Source of the DNA: Candidatus Bathyarchaeota archaeon | Lineage (GTDB): Archaea > Thermoproteota > Bathyarchaeia > Bathyarchaeales > Bathycorpusculaceae | Length of the DNA: 64,000 nucleotides | NCBI GenBank assembly: GCA_963780185.1 | Contig: CAWABA010000001.1 | Coordinates: 160,001 to 224,000, forward strand | Direction of reading: 5' to 3' | Notes under the pieces: generated by a model | The model's input: the letters and a program-made list of their open reading frames with translations, nothing else | What the model was told of the DNA's origin: nothing | Database searches by the model: none | Translations under genes and position numbers: made by a program | In this document: piece by piece, positions 39,491 to 50,366 of the stretch | Position numbering within the stretch: position 1 is the stretch's first letter | Layout: every line of letters starts with the position of its first letter

Positions 39491-40180
39491 ATGAGTGAAA
39501 AGTTCACCGTTGCACGCCTAACAAAAGAAAACGAACATTTTGAAATCCTAGTCAAACCACAAAAAGCACTAGATTACCGCAACGGGAAAATCTCAGGAAT
39601 AACCGAAGCCTTAGCAGCTGAAATGATTTTTTCTGATGCAAACAAAGGAACCAAAGTTTCCGAGGAAGCAATGCGCAAAGCCTTCGGAACCGTCGACGCA
39701 CTGCAAATCGCCGACATCATACTCAAGAAAGGCACGCTTCAGCTCACAACAGAGCAAAGACGCAAAATGGTCGAAGACAAAAGACGGCAAATAATCGATT
39801 TCATCTCGCGACAAGCAGTCGACCCCAAAACAAACCTGCCGCATCCTCCAATGCGCATCGAGAATGCGATGGAGCAAATACGTTACCCGATTGACCCATA
39901 CAAGCCAATTGAGGAACAAGCAAAAGACATCGTTAAACTGCTACGTCCGATTTTGCCCCTAAAAATCGAGCAAGTCATAGTCGCAGTGAAGGTGCCTGCA
40001 CAGTACTCCGCAAGAGCTTACGGGTCAGTAAAAACTTTAGGTACCATAAAACGGGAAGAATGGCGTGGAGACGGCTCATGGTACGGCGAACTAGAATTGC
40101 CCGCTGGATCCTACGCCTCGTTGCTAACTAAACTTGGCGACGTAACCAAAGGAAGTGGAGAAGCAAAAATAATCTCGTAA
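39491..40180 (+). CDS. Ribosome maturation protein SBDS/Sdo1
   Basis: HFEILV, IFSDA.KG, QLTTEQRR, PHPP.RIE; canonical exosome superoperon position. Confidence 0.95.
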   Translation: MSEKFTVARLTKENEHFEILVKPQKALDYRNGKISGITEALAAEMIFSDANKGTKVSEEAMRKAFGTVDALQIADIILKKGTLQLTTEQRRKMVEDKRRQIIDFISRQAVDPKTNLPHPPMRIENAMEQIRYPIDPYKPIEEQAKDIVKLLRPILPLKIEQVIVAVKVPAQYSARAYGSVKTLGTIKREEWRGDGSWYGELELPAGSYASLLTKLGDVTKGSGEAKIIS

Positions 40181-40201
40181 AAAATGGATGGTGAAGAATT
40201 T

Positions 40202-40924
40202 ATGCCAATATTCTTTGAAAAAAAACAGCTTGTGACGCCGGGAGAAATGCTTGCTGAAGGCGACTATTTACCTGGCGAAAACACATACATGGAACAAAAC
40301 AAGATTTTCGCCTCAAGAATCGGGCTAGTGGATACCGATAACAAAAAAGTAAACGTGGTCGCACTAAGGGCGTTTTATGTGCCCAAGATGGGAGACATCG
40401 TGATAGGTGCAGTCCTCGAAGTTGGATTCAACGGCTGGACAATCGATATTAAAGCACCCTACACAGCCATGCTACGTGCCTCAGACGTTTTAGCCAGGCC
40501 CTTTAAGCCTCAAAACGACGAGTTATCCGCAGTCCTCAACGCAGGCGACTTGATTGTTGCAAAAATCGCCTCATACGACCGAGCCCACGACCCACAACTC
40601 ACAGTTGGAGAACCCGGACTTGGAAAGATAACTCGAGGACAAATTCTGCAAGTGACACCGACAAAGATTCCTCGGGTAATCGGCAGAAAAGGCTCAATGA
40701 TTTCCATGATAAAACAGGAAACGGGCTGCCAAATCATTCTGGGACTAAACGGTGTCATCTTAGTCACCGGCAAAAACCCCGAGGATGAAGAACTCGCGAT
40801 AGAGGTCATCAGAAAAATCGAGCAAGAATCCCACACAAGTGGCCTCACAGATCGCATAACACAGTTGCTTAAAGAACGTAAAGGTAAAGTTGAAGAAAAA
40901 GTGGAGGAAAATAAGAATGAATGA
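40202..40924 (+). CDS. rrp4: Exosome RNA-binding subunit Rrp4
   Basis: VTPGE, YVPK.GD S1 domain, [12 protein letters not shown] domain. Confidence 0.95.
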   Translation: MPIFFEKKQLVTPGEMLAEGDYLPGENTYMEQNKIFASRIGLVDTDNKKVNVVALRAFYVPKMGDIVIGAVLEVGFNGWTIDIKAPYTAMLRASDVLARPFKPQNDELSAVLNAGDLIVAKIASYDRAHDPQLTVGEPGLGKITRGQILQVTPTKIPRVIGRKGSMISMIKQETGCQIILGLNGVILVTGKNPEDEELAIEVIRKIEQESHTSGLTDRITQLLKERKGKVEEKVEENKNE

Positions 40925-41654
40925 AAAACCCGAAAAACTGATTGATAAAAAAGGCATCAGGTCGGATGGTAGAAAAGCAGACGAGCTTCGACCCTTAAAA
41001 CTTCAAGTAGGAGTATTATCAAACGCTGACGGATCAGCCTACATTGAACACGGCAAAAACAAGATTTTAGCCGCTGCATTTGGCCCAAGAGAGATGCATC
41101 CTAAACACTTAGCTCAGCCAGACCGCATGGTTCTGCGGTGCCGCTATCACATGGCTCCCTTCTCAGTACAAGAACGAAAATCACCCGCACCTTCAAGAAG
41201 AGAAGTAGAACTCTCAAAAGTCATAAGAGAAGCTCTAGAACCAGCATTGTTCCTGGAGCTTTATCCGCGGACAGGCGTTGATGTGTTCGTTGAAGTCTTG
41301 CAAGCTGACGGAGGAACCCGTTGCGCAGCCATCACCGCCGCTGCCCTAGCAATAGCCGACGCAGGCGTTCCAATGCGCGACTTAGTTGTTGGCTGTGCAG
41401 CTGGAAAGGTCGACGACACAGTTGTCTTAGACCTTTATGATGCTGAAGACAAACTTGGAATGGCAGATGTTCCAGTTGCTTACATGCCGAGTCTAAACGC
41501 GATTACGCTGCTTCAAATGGATGGTCTACTTGCACCGGAAGAATTTGAGAAAGCCATAAGCATGGCGATGGAAGGATGCAAGAAAATCTATGAAATGCAG
41601 AAGGAAGCGTTAAAGACCAAGTACATGGTTGTTAAGGAGGCTGGAGAAGAGTAA
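40917..41654 (+). CDS. rrp41: Exosome exonuclease Rrp41
   Basis: RSDGR..ELRP, ADGSAY, QADGGTR. Confidence 0.97.
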   Translation: MNEKPEKLIDKKGIRSDGRKADELRPLKLQVGVLSNADGSAYIEHGKNKILAAAFGPREMHPKHLAQPDRMVLRCRYHMAPFSVQERKSPAPSRREVELSKVIREALEPALFLELYPRTGVDVFVEVLQADGGTRCAAITAAALAIADAGVPMRDLVVGCAAGKVDDTVVLDLYDAEDKLGMADVPVAYMPSLNAITLLQMDGLLAPEEFEKAISMAMEGCKKIYEMQKEALKTKYMVVKEAGEE

Positions 41655-42445
41655 TGTCATCCCAAATAACTAAAGTTAGACTAAAGCAAATTGAAGGGCT
41701 TCTTGAAAAAGGAAAACGCCTAGACGAACGAGGCTTACGCGACACCCGAGAAATCAAAATCGAGCAAGGTTTAATTGAACGCGCTGAAGGCTCCGCAAGA
41801 TGCCTACTCGGCAGATCTGAGGTTTTGGCAGGCGTAAAAGTTGAACTTGGCGAACCGTTCCCAGATACACCTAACGACGGAGTAATGACCGTTAACGCTG
41901 AACTTGTTCCGTTGGCTTCACCGAACTTTGAGCCTGGACCACCAGATGAAAACTCGATTGAGCTTGCAAGAGTTGTTGACCGAGGCATCAGAGAATCACA
42001 TGCAATCGACACTGAGAAACTATGCATCGAACCAGGCAAGAAAGTGTTCGTTGTTTTCGTTGACGTTTACGTGCTAAACCACGATGGAAACCTGATTGAC
42101 TGTGCCGCTTTGGCTGCAATGTCTGCGTTAATGAACACAAAGATGCCGAATTACGAAGTCAAAGACGGCGAAGTAAAGATGAAGCAAGGCTACACCCCGC
42201 TACCTATGAAAAGCCACCCCATAACCGTCACTATCGGCAAGATAAACAACGTTTTGATTGTTGACCCATGGCTTGAAGAAGAAAAGGTAATGGATTCCCG
42301 AATCACAATTGCAATCAACGACGAAGGTCAAATATGCGCATGCCAGAAGGGAGGCTCAGGATACTTTTCACCGCAACAGATTTTAGAAGCATCAAAGATT
42401 GCTCAGGAGAAAGCAGTCGAATTACGCAAGAAGCTTGATTGGTGA
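41654..42445 (+). CDS. rrp42: Exosome subunit Rrp42
   Basis: RLDER, AEGSA, FEPGPPDE, ELARVVDRGIRES, DGNL.D. Confidence 0.97.
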   Translation: MSSQITKVRLKQIEGLLEKGKRLDERGLRDTREIKIEQGLIERAEGSARCLLGRSEVLAGVKVELGEPFPDTPNDGVMTVNAELVPLASPNFEPGPPDENSIELARVVDRGIRESHAIDTEKLCIEPGKKVFVVFVDVYVLNHDGNLIDCAALAAMSALMNTKMPNYEVKDGEVKMKQGYTPLPMKSHPITVTIGKINNVLIVDPWLEEEKVMDSRITIAINDEGQICACQKGGSGYFSPQQILEASKIAQEKAVELRKKLDW

Positions 42446-42786
42446 AAAAAGTGCCAAAAACAAAGAAAGTCGGTCCAACAAGAGGTTTAGGACCACGTTA
42501 CGGTGCCACAGTTAGGAAACGCTATATCAAAGTCGTCACTGAACTCAAAAAACCCCACAAATGCCCAAACTGCGGCTTCGTACGGGTACACCGCGAAAGC
42601 GTCGGCATATGGAAATGCGGCAAATGCGAATACACTTACTCAGGCGGAGCATACACTCCACTAACAAAGCTGGGTGTCGTAGCGAGACGTGCAGCTAAAG
42701 GTTTACCAGTAGAGCAAGTAACCAAAGAAGCAGAGAAAGCCTCAACAGCAGCCGCCGAACCAGCAACCGAAGAAAAAACCGACTAA
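42442..42786 (+). CDS. rpl37ae: 50S ribosomal protein L37Ae with acidic/Ala-rich C-terminal extension
   Basis: KKVG...G.RYG..VRKR, CPNC, GIWKCGKC, GGAY. Confidence 0.93.
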   Translation: MKKVPKTKKVGPTRGLGPRYGATVRKRYIKVVTELKKPHKCPNCGFVRVHRESVGIWKCGKCEYTYSGGAYTPLTKLGVVARRAAKGLPVEQVTKEAEKASTAAAEPATEEKTD

Positions 42787-42971
42787 AACCTTCTTCAATT
42801 TTAGTTTTTCTTTAAAACAATCTTTTTATTTCATCTACCGTTTTAAGAAATAACCCTTTTCGTTAATCGATTCTTTTTTTGCTTGACGCAAGTAAGATGC
42901 GCTCTTGAAAACATATATTGGCAAACCGACAAAGGACTATGGTACAAGTCTATTTGACGGAGAACCCAAAT

Positions 42972-43549
42972 ATGTCGCATAAAGGAGAAGCGTATTCAGC
43001 GTCAGGAGCCATCTTTTTAGACAATCCGATCAGGCGGTGGCTTCAACCCCCCTCTGAACTTATCGAAATGCTTGCCATCAACCCAAGCGATGCCGTGATG
43101 GATTTTGGCTGCGGACCAGGATTTTTCACGGTTGCCAGCTAGCACAGAGAGCCAAAAGCGTGGTGGCAGTTGACCTTTCACCCGAGATGTTAAAGAAAGC
43201 CCAAAACAAGGCAGCTAAGGCAGGCGTGAAAAATATTGAGTTTTTGCAAAGCGATGGTACAAAAATTGAGCTTGAGGATGGCTTAGTTGACTTGATTCTT
43301 CTTGTAACGGTTTTTCATGAGGTTGGGGAAAGCCAAAAGGTTTTAGCGGAGTTCCGCAGGATTCTAAAGCCCGCGGGTAAACTTGCCATCGTGGAAGTTG
43401 TAAAGAAAGGCATCTTTCCGGTCGCTCCAGTCCAAAACCCGGAGGCTTTGAAAGCTGAAGTTGAAGCAGGCGACTTCAAACTGAAGCAGATGAACCGTTA
43501 CAAAAGCTACGGCGTTTTTTTCTTTACCAAAAACATCACTCCTTCATAA
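42972..43549 (+). CDS. Class I SAM methyltransferase (UbiE-like), apparent frameshift near 43138
   Basis: DFGCGPG, AVDLSPEML, RILKPAG across two ORFs. Confidence 0.85.
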
Positions 43550-43620
43550 AAGAGCAAGCTTAGATAGCATTAGCTAATCCTGGGCAATTAGTCGAGTAAA
43601 AGAAATAGAATGGGCGTGCT

Positions 43621-44692
43621 TTAGATGCCGAGGCTGTTGATTACTCTGCCCGAGTTGGCGTCGATGACGAGCACGATTTTGTTGCCTTTGTGGTCGAACT
43701 TTGAGAACCATACGGGCGCGTGAAGCAACTCTACGTCGCCGACGTCTGAGTCAGTGTGTATTGATTGAATCATGTGGTATTTTGCGTGTGCCTTCTGTGA
43801 CTGAAGCTGGTCAACAAGGGTTTTCGCTTGGGATTTGGCTACGTCTTCGCTGATGTCGCCGTTCAAGATTTTAACGTCTTTGGGGAGCTTGGAAATATCA
43901 AACAGTTCTCTGCCTTCTAGGTTGAATTGGTATTCGCGGGGCTGATAATCCGTGAGAGCTTTAAGCGCAATAACTGGGAAATTGTAGTTCATATCCATCT
44001 GCTCGGACTTCCTCATTCCGCCGCCGTAACCCATCCCCATCCCATGCCCCAAAGCCATAATTCTTATTCGCTTAAGTCCAAGGATGCCGGCAAACGGGTT
44101 GCCCATTGATTGGCCTGGATACGCGCGTCTTCCTCCCATTCCGCCTCCTCGTCTTCCTCCGCCTCCTCCGAAACCTCCGCCCATGCCGCCGAAAATTACA
44201 CCCATCAACGCTGCGGTTGTGGCTGTCTGTGCAATCTGTGCGGTTTCATCTGCTGCGACGATGCTTGTTCTGGCTGAAACGCTTACAATCCAGTAAGGCA
44301 CAAACGTTAGGCTCATTTCCTCTTGCGTGGAGTCTTCATGAAGGTGCCTGTGTAGCAGACCCTTATTCATCATAGGCGTGATTATCGAATTCACTTGGTC
44401 AACCGTGGCAACCTTCAAGCGCAAGCATGGTTGATTTTTGAATGTTGGTCCACCCTTGGCTTCCCAAAGTGACTCCGGTGCCGCAGTACTCGCAGGTGAT
44501 AACCATCTCTCCAAATTTGGGCGCGATTGGCGCTCCGCAACTGGGGCATTTCAGGGATTCGACTCCTGAAGGTGCAATAACGGGTCCAGCTGACGCCGTT
44601 GGCTTAACAGTATTTAATCCTGTGCTTGTTCCACATTTAACGCAGAATGCGGCGTCATCTGGAAGTTGAGTACCACAATTATGACAATACAC
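43621..44692 (-). CDS. Multi zinc-ribbon protein with Gly-rich insertion, apparent frameshift near 44410
   Basis: CHNC..CVKC, CPSC..CEYC in ORF 44399..44692; FVPYW and HAPVW in ORF 43621..44514. Confidence 0.75.
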
Positions 44693-44857
44693 TCTTTTTC
44701 CACCGACTCTCTAAATAAATCTCCTTTCTCTTAAATTTACCTCAAAAAACTTCCTTTATTAAGCTGTTTATCAAGTTTTTCTGCGAAGAAGAATAATTTC
44801 GTTTGCACACTGCTTTTTGGGAAAAAACTAAATACCTGACCATAATACTCATGTTCC

Positions 44858-45562
44858 ATGGCTTTCAAAAAGAAGGGTGTAAATAAAAAGATAGTTTTCG
44901 CGGTTATTCTGCTGGCTGTGATAGCGGTTGGGGTTGTTGCAGCTGTGGTTTATTCAAATCCAAAGCATACTGGCGGCATCGGCGGAGTAACAGTAGGGGT
45001 TCATGTTGGTGACACGTTCACATACACATGACTGGGCAGTTGTTCAGGTCACTGTTCCAAACTCAATTAATCCAGGTTTCTATCAACTTAACGAAACACA
45101 ATCCTACAAAGTAACTATCGAAGCTATTCACGGCGACTCAGTCACGCTTGAAACAGACTGGGTACTCCAAAACGGAACCGACGTCTCTAAGCAGCAAACA
45201 GTCAATTTATCTGACGGATACAAGTCCGATGAATACGGGTTTTTCTTTTCTTTACCCTTCTGACATCAAAGTAGATGACACGATTTATCCCCACATGGAG
45301 CAGTCAATTCCTGTTAATGCAACAATCACTCAGTACATATGGTACCAGCAGTAGGGAAAGCGCCAATTACCAAGTAAGTACTACCCAAGAGCTCTACACA
45401 AGACCCGACACAAAGCACAGAATGTTACTCGTTCGACCAAATTGGTTTGACAGGCAAACAGGAATGCTCACTACCTTTAGCGAAATACAACAGTACAACA
45501 ATCCAGAGCTAGAAGTTGAAGTCATTTACAATCTTATAAGCTCAACAGCTTGGAACGTTTAA
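44858..45562 (+). CDS. Membrane-anchored/secreted hypothetical protein, several apparent frameshifts
   Basis: MAFKKKGVNKKIVFAVILLAVIAVGVVAAVV TM, VGVHVGDTFTY, WFDRQTGML. Confidence 0.6.
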
Positions 45563-45829
45563 ACACCTTACCCAAACTTATTTTCTCTGCTTTTTACCCA
45601 AGTTGCCAGTTCTCCGACTGCTTTAACATGGTTCTTCGTTCCCCGCCCACAAAGAAAGTCTTGTTGAGCTCTCAGATGGTAAAAATGGCTGTCGTCGCGC
45701 TATCCATGCTCCCCTGTTGACGAGGGTTCCGCGTGCTCGGACAAGAGAAAAACAATGCCATATTTAGCTACCTGCCAGCATTCGTTCCAATTATTTGTGT
45801 TTGCTTGTGCAGCTTATTTCCTGGATTCA

Positions 45830-45875
45830 ATAGATGATTCCAAATAATCCTGTGGATGAGCCAATTATACTGAGG
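45830..45875 (+). ncRNA. Possible box C/D guide sRNA
   Basis: AGATGA-12 nt-CTGT-GGATGA-10 nt-CTGA in an intergenic region. Confidence 0.35.
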
Positions 45876-46028
45876 TGGCGGGCGACATACCATCGTTCAG
45901 CGGCGAGTTTTTTGGTTGATTCAGATTTAATTAAGCAAAAGATTTGAGTCTGCAGCAACCAAAATGGGTAAGAAAGCGAAAAAATGAAATAGCTAACGCT
46001 CAAACAAGATACTGCAGAGGCGAGTGTA

Positions 46029-46796
46029 TTGTCTTTCAGCGTAAAAATGCAGGAAGCAGCCAAAAGCAAAGGTTCACGAATCGTTTTAGCTTTAGATTTT
46101 CCCTTTGAATCTCCGGATAACCGAGACAAAATTTTGGCTAAAGCTCAAAGCATCCTCAAAGCAGTTCACCCCTACATTTGCGCAGTCAAGATAAATCATC
46201 ACCTTGTTCTTCCACTCGGCACTTTCGACGGCGTGCAGCAGCTTGTGGAGAGAATCCGTGGGCAAGGATTGATGACGATTATGGATGCGAAAGTCAACGA
46301 TATAGGCGCCACTAACCAGACCATCGCGCAATACTATTTTGCAGCGGGTTTTGATGCGTTGATTGCGAATCCCTTCATAGGTTGGGAAGAAGGCTTAAAA
46401 CCGCTCTTTGATGTTTCCCAGAGGCTTAACCGCGGAATGATACTTCTTTGCTACATGAGCCACAGAGGCGCAGGCGAAGGCTACGGGCAAACCATAATCG
46501 ACCCTGAAACAGGCGAGAAAATCTTGCAGTACCTTTCCTTTGCAAGAAAAGCCGTAAAGTACGGTGCGGACGGGGTTGTGGTCGGCGCAACTTACCCGCA
46601 AAGAATAACTGAGGTCAAACAGGTTGTAGGCGAAAAAGTAGCCATTTATTCCCCAGGCGTAGGTGCTCAGGGCGGCTCTGCGGAAACCGCTCTTAAATCA
46701 GGTGCAAACTACCTTATCGTCGGAAGAGAAATTACTCTTGCGGTTGACCCTGCTAAAGCGGCAAGCGAACTTTTGGATTCAATAAACGGGGTTTAG
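46029..46796 (+). CDS. pyrF: Orotidine 5'-phosphate decarboxylase
   Basis: LALD, DAKVNDIGAT, MSH, VVGAT, SPGVGAQGG, IVGR. Confidence 0.95.
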   Translation: MSFSVKMQEAAKSKGSRIVLALDFPFESPDNRDKILAKAQSILKAVHPYICAVKINHHLVLPLGTFDGVQQLVERIRGQGLMTIMDAKVNDIGATNQTIAQYYFAAGFDALIANPFIGWEEGLKPLFDVSQRLNRGMILLCYMSHRGAGEGYGQTIIDPETGEKILQYLSFARKAVKYGADGVVVGATYPQRITEVKQVVGEKVAIYSPGVGAQGGSAETALKSGANYLIVGREITLAVDPAKAASELLDSINGV

Positions 46797-46802
46797 GCGG
46801 CT

Positions 46803-46958
46803 TTATCTTCCGCGTTTGTTCTCCCAAAGCTCTTTCTTGAGTAGGTCACGCACTGATGACCTTATGACGCTGCTTCTGCTCGGGTACATGTTCGCTCGGA
46901 CTAGTTCATCTAAGCCTTCCAGATATGCTTCTGGCAACAGGACTGTTACAAGTTTCAC
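46803..46958 (-). CDS. Ribbon-helix-helix (CopG/CdrS-like) regulator, 51 aa (not in ORF track)
   Basis: MKLVTVLLPEAYLEGLDELVRANMYPSRSSVIRSSVRDLLKKELWENKRGR*; GAGGGAGG SD upstream. Confidence 0.85.
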   Translation of the reverse strand: MKLVTVLLPEAYLEGLDELVRANMYPSRSSVIRSSVRDLLKKELWENKRGR

Positions 46959-47146
46959 TTTTTTTTCCTCCCTCAATATATTATGCTTATAACATGCTCC
47001 GCATATAAGAGCTTAACCAGCAACCCCTAACTGCTCCGCAACCCTTTGATGCAAAATGTATCCACGTTTATTGCTTTTCGACCTCGCTTCCGACTGTTTC
47101 TTTATGATTTGATTCCTTCCCAAAATAAGGCGACTCCTATGCGGCG

Positions 47147-47989
47147 TTAAAGTTTCCTAAGCTGGTTTAACGTTCCAAGATAGGTCCCGTCTAGGAGGTA
47201 AAGCTCAGAGTTATCTACGTCCACGGCTTCCGAACGCAACACGGGTCCAATCAAGGATTCGTTGCCGATTTCTTTTCGCGGTTTAGTTTCGTTCACTGGT
47301 CTGCCGCCCAAAAAATCGTTGAAGCTGGGCATTATGAAAATTTCTTTTGCCTTCAGCTTGACCCCATAGTGTTTGTGCAGGGTTTCGGCGACCGTGCCCT
47401 CGATTTTTACTTTGTGCTTTTGCAGAAGAATCTTTCCCAGCGCTTCTGTGTCGCACGTTGCCCGCATCCAGGCTTGCCTTGTAATTTTGAAGCCTGCTGG
47501 GTCACGGAAGACGACGACGGGGTGCAGGTGCCCCATAACTAAGGTTTTGCAGCCGAGCAGGGCGGGAGACGGCCATTTGTGCCCGTGAAAGATACCTACG
47601 TCGCCGATTGCGACTCCTGTAGCGGGTAGCAGCTTGATGTTTTCTGGCAGAAGAGGCTCGATGTTTGCGTCGTGGTTTCCGCGGACAACCGCTATGTCGC
47701 CGATGAGGCTTTGCAGTTTGGTGAAGAAGTCGGGTACGTCATGCCACTCGCCCAGTTGGCTTTTGACAACCGTGTACTTCACGTCGCCGACGATAACCAG
47801 CTGCTGCGGCTTATACTTGCAAAGGATGGCCGTGAGCTTGTTGAGGATTTTGGGTGTTTGGCTTGGAACATGGATGCCTTTTTCCTGAAGCTCCATCTCC
47901 CACCCAATGTGGGGGTCAGCGATTAGAAGAGTCTTGACGCTTCCCGTTTTCACCATTGCCGCGGGGCTGGGCCAAAGCAAACTTAACAT
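47147..47989 (-). CDS. Metallophosphoesterase (calcineurin-like)
   Basis: DPH, GD, GNHD, HGH, GHLHP, MPSFN. Confidence 0.9.
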   Translation of the reverse strand: MLSLLWPSPAAMVKTGSVKTLLIADPHIGWEMELQEKGIHVPSQTPKILNKLTAILCKYKPQQLVIVGDVKYTVVKSQLGEWHDVPDFFTKLQSLIGDIAVVRGNHDANIEPLLPENIKLLPATGVAIGDVGIFHGHKWPSPALLGCKTLVMGHLHPVVVFRDPAGFKITRQAWMRATCDTEALGKILLQKHKVKIEGTVAETLHKHYGVKLKAKEIFIMPSFNDFLGGRPVNETKPRKEIGNESLIGPVLRSEAVDVDNSELYLLDGTYLGTLNQLRKL

Positions 47990-48819
47990 GACGGTTTAAC
48001 CAAGCTTAAGATTTTTTTGTGAATTTGGAGGTTCCCAGAAGCGACAAAACTAAGTGTTCGCTTTGGATCCAATTCAACATTTACTTCTTTGTTCTCGGGC
48101 GACGTGATTGTTCCGTCTGCTTCCTTTATTATAAGAAAGCCCGCCGCGACGTCGGTTGTGCGCAGTTTCCCGCGCAGGTCAACAAACGCGTCTGTTGAAC
48201 CGTCAGCCACGTAGCAGAGCTCAAGGGCGTTGGCGCCGAAATGGCGGATATGCTTGGTTTTACCAATAAGCGCGGTTACTTTTGGGGCAACCTCTTTGAC
48301 TTTGTAAGTGTTCAAATCTAAACCGATCAACGCCTCATCCAGCGTGGTGGTTTTTGACGGCGTAATTTTCTTTCCGTCGCGAAATGCGCCTTTGCCCCTG
48401 AAAGCTGTGTACGTCACGTCGTGGAAGAGGTCGGCAACCATCCCTGCGTAAACCTCCGCAAGCCACGGCTTATCCGAAACCGCAACAGAGCAAGCGTAGA
48501 AGGGTAAGCCATGCATGAAATTGGTGCTTCCGTCAACCGGGTCAACCGTCACAAAACACTCCTCAGCCGACGACCCGAACTTTTTTACCCCCGACTCCTC
48601 GCTGATTAACGTAAACGAAACGCTGTGCTGGTTTAGGGTGTCGATGATTGCTTTTTCTGCGGCTAAATCCATCGGCTTCATCGCGTCGCCGCCCGCGCCT
48701 ACGCCCAGGTTAGGCTGCGTTTCTTTGGTGGTTTTGACGCATGGCGCTATGTTTTTCTGCACGTTTGTTTTGCATTCGAGAAGGATTTGTTGCCAGTCGT
48801 TCTGTTTTTGCGTTTTCAT
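47983..48819 (-). CDS. Inositol monophosphatase/FBPase family protein
   Basis: SEE, DPVDGSTN, RTTDVAAG. Confidence 0.9.
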   Translation of the reverse strand: MKTQKQNDWQQILLECKTNVQKNIAPCVKTTKETQPNLGVGAGGDAMKPMDLAAEKAIIDTLNQHSVSFTLISEESGVKKFGSSAEECFVTVDPVDGSTNFMHGLPFYACSVAVSDKPWLAEVYAGMVADLFHDVTYTAFRGKGAFRDGKKITPSKTTTLDEALIGLDLNTYKVKEVAPKVTALIGKTKHIRHFGANALELCYVADGSTDAFVDLRGKLRTTDVAAGFLIIKEADGTITSPENKEVNVELDPKRTLSFVASGNLQIHKKILSLVKPSC

Positions 48820-49109
48820 TGCGGTTCTTCCTGCTTGTTGTTATAGATTGGACAAGTTGATAAATGCTATACCCCGCTTTCGGCGGCTGAAAGGCGGTTA
48901 ACCTGCAGTCTAAATCCGAAACGCTTATATTTTCTGGTTTATGACTCATTGAGCAGGTTCGAAGCTTCAATGTCTAATCTCGCAAACAAAAAAGCAAACG
49001 TTGCATCATGGTTCCAGAGCTTCGACTACTTTTATTATAGTTATTTTCCTTAAGCCCAGAACTCAGAAAATTTTTTAGTGAAGTTCTGGGCAAAGCACGG
49101 GTGTAGCAA

Positions 49110-50357
49110 ATGGAAAAAACTGGCTCTAAAAAAACGATTGTTGTTAAATTCGGCGGTTCTAGCCTAGCCGATCACGAGAGACTCTTAAAAGCGGTGGTTG
49201 CCGTGGTTAACGAAGCCAAGAAGGGTACGCGGGTCGCCGTGGTTGTGTCGGCTATGGGTAAAACTACTGATGTCCTTATGACGACTGCGAAGAACGCTTC
49301 TAACGGGAAACTCGACAAGAAAGACCTTGACGACATCCTCTCGATGGGCGAGCGGACCAGCATCAGAATCTTCTCCACGGCTCTGCGAACCAACGGAGCA
49401 GAATCCTGCTACTTTGACCCAATCGACAGCAACTGGCCAATAATCACCGACTCAGCATTCCAAAACGCCAACCCCATCCTCAAAGACTGCGAAAAAAATA
49501 TTCGCGAATGCGTGCTGCCAATCATGGAAAAAGGCGTCATCCCTGTTGTGGCGGGTTTTTTGGGTAAAACCAAAGACGGCAAAATCACGACTTTGGGAAG
49601 AGGCGGAAGCGACACCACCGCGTTCGTCTTAGCTGAGGCGCTTGGAGCCGACGAAATCGTGTTGGTAACCGACGCCGACGGCATAATGTCCGCTGACCCG
49701 AAGCTTCTTTCTAACGTTTTGCGCCTCAAAGAAGTCGACGTTAACACGTTGGTGGGGCTTGCCGATTCAGGAGCCAAATTCATCCACAGCAAAGCGTTAA
49801 AGTACAAGCCTAAAAACATCAACGTCCGCGTCATCAACCACGCACACGGCGACCTCTCCGAGGAAGGCACCTTAGTCACAGGCGGATTAGCCACGGAGCT
49901 TGACGCTGAAATCGCACATCCGTTTCCCGTCGCCGAAATCACCGTGATAGGCAACGGCATATCAGCTAACCCACAAATCATCCAGGAAATGGCGGAGAAA
50001 ACCAAGCGACACTCGCAGCTTTTAGGCATGTCAATGAACTCGAACTCCGCTATTCTTTACGTGTCTCAAGAAAAGAATTTAGACGGCCTCTTCAACGACG
50101 TTCACAACATAGTAAAGAGCAACAAGGAAACGATTGCGATGGCAGTCAAAAAAGACCTTGTTTTCATACAAACAAGCGGTGTCGGCTTAGAGGAAACCCA
50201 CGGCATCATCGGAAAAATCAGCGAAGACCTGCGGGTCAGCGGCATAAACATTTCAGGCATACTAACCATAACCTCTAGCATCCTGCTCTTTATGGATTGG
50301 AGTGAACGGGAAAAAGCCCTAAAACTGATTAAAAACTCTTTAAGGAGCGCTAAGTAA
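49110..50357 (+). CDS. lysC: Aspartokinase
   Basis: VKFGGSS, VVSAMG, LGRGGSD, ACT domains. Confidence 0.92.
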   Translation: MEKTGSKKTIVVKFGGSSLADHERLLKAVVAVVNEAKKGTRVAVVVSAMGKTTDVLMTTAKNASNGKLDKKDLDDILSMGERTSIRIFSTALRTNGAESCYFDPIDSNWPIITDSAFQNANPILKDCEKNIRECVLPIMEKGVIPVVAGFLGKTKDGKITTLGRGGSDTTAFVLAEALGADEIVLVTDADGIMSADPKLLSNVLRLKEVDVNTLVGLADSGAKFIHSKALKYKPKNINVRVINHAHGDLSEEGTLVTGGLATELDAEIAHPFPVAEITVIGNGISANPQIIQEMAEKTKRHSQLLGMSMNSNSAILYVSQEKNLDGLFNDVHNIVKSNKETIAMAVKKDLVFIQTSGVGLEETHGIIGKISEDLRVSGINISGILTITSSILLFMDWSEREKALKLIKNSLRSAK

Positions 50358-50366
50358 GGTGAAAAT

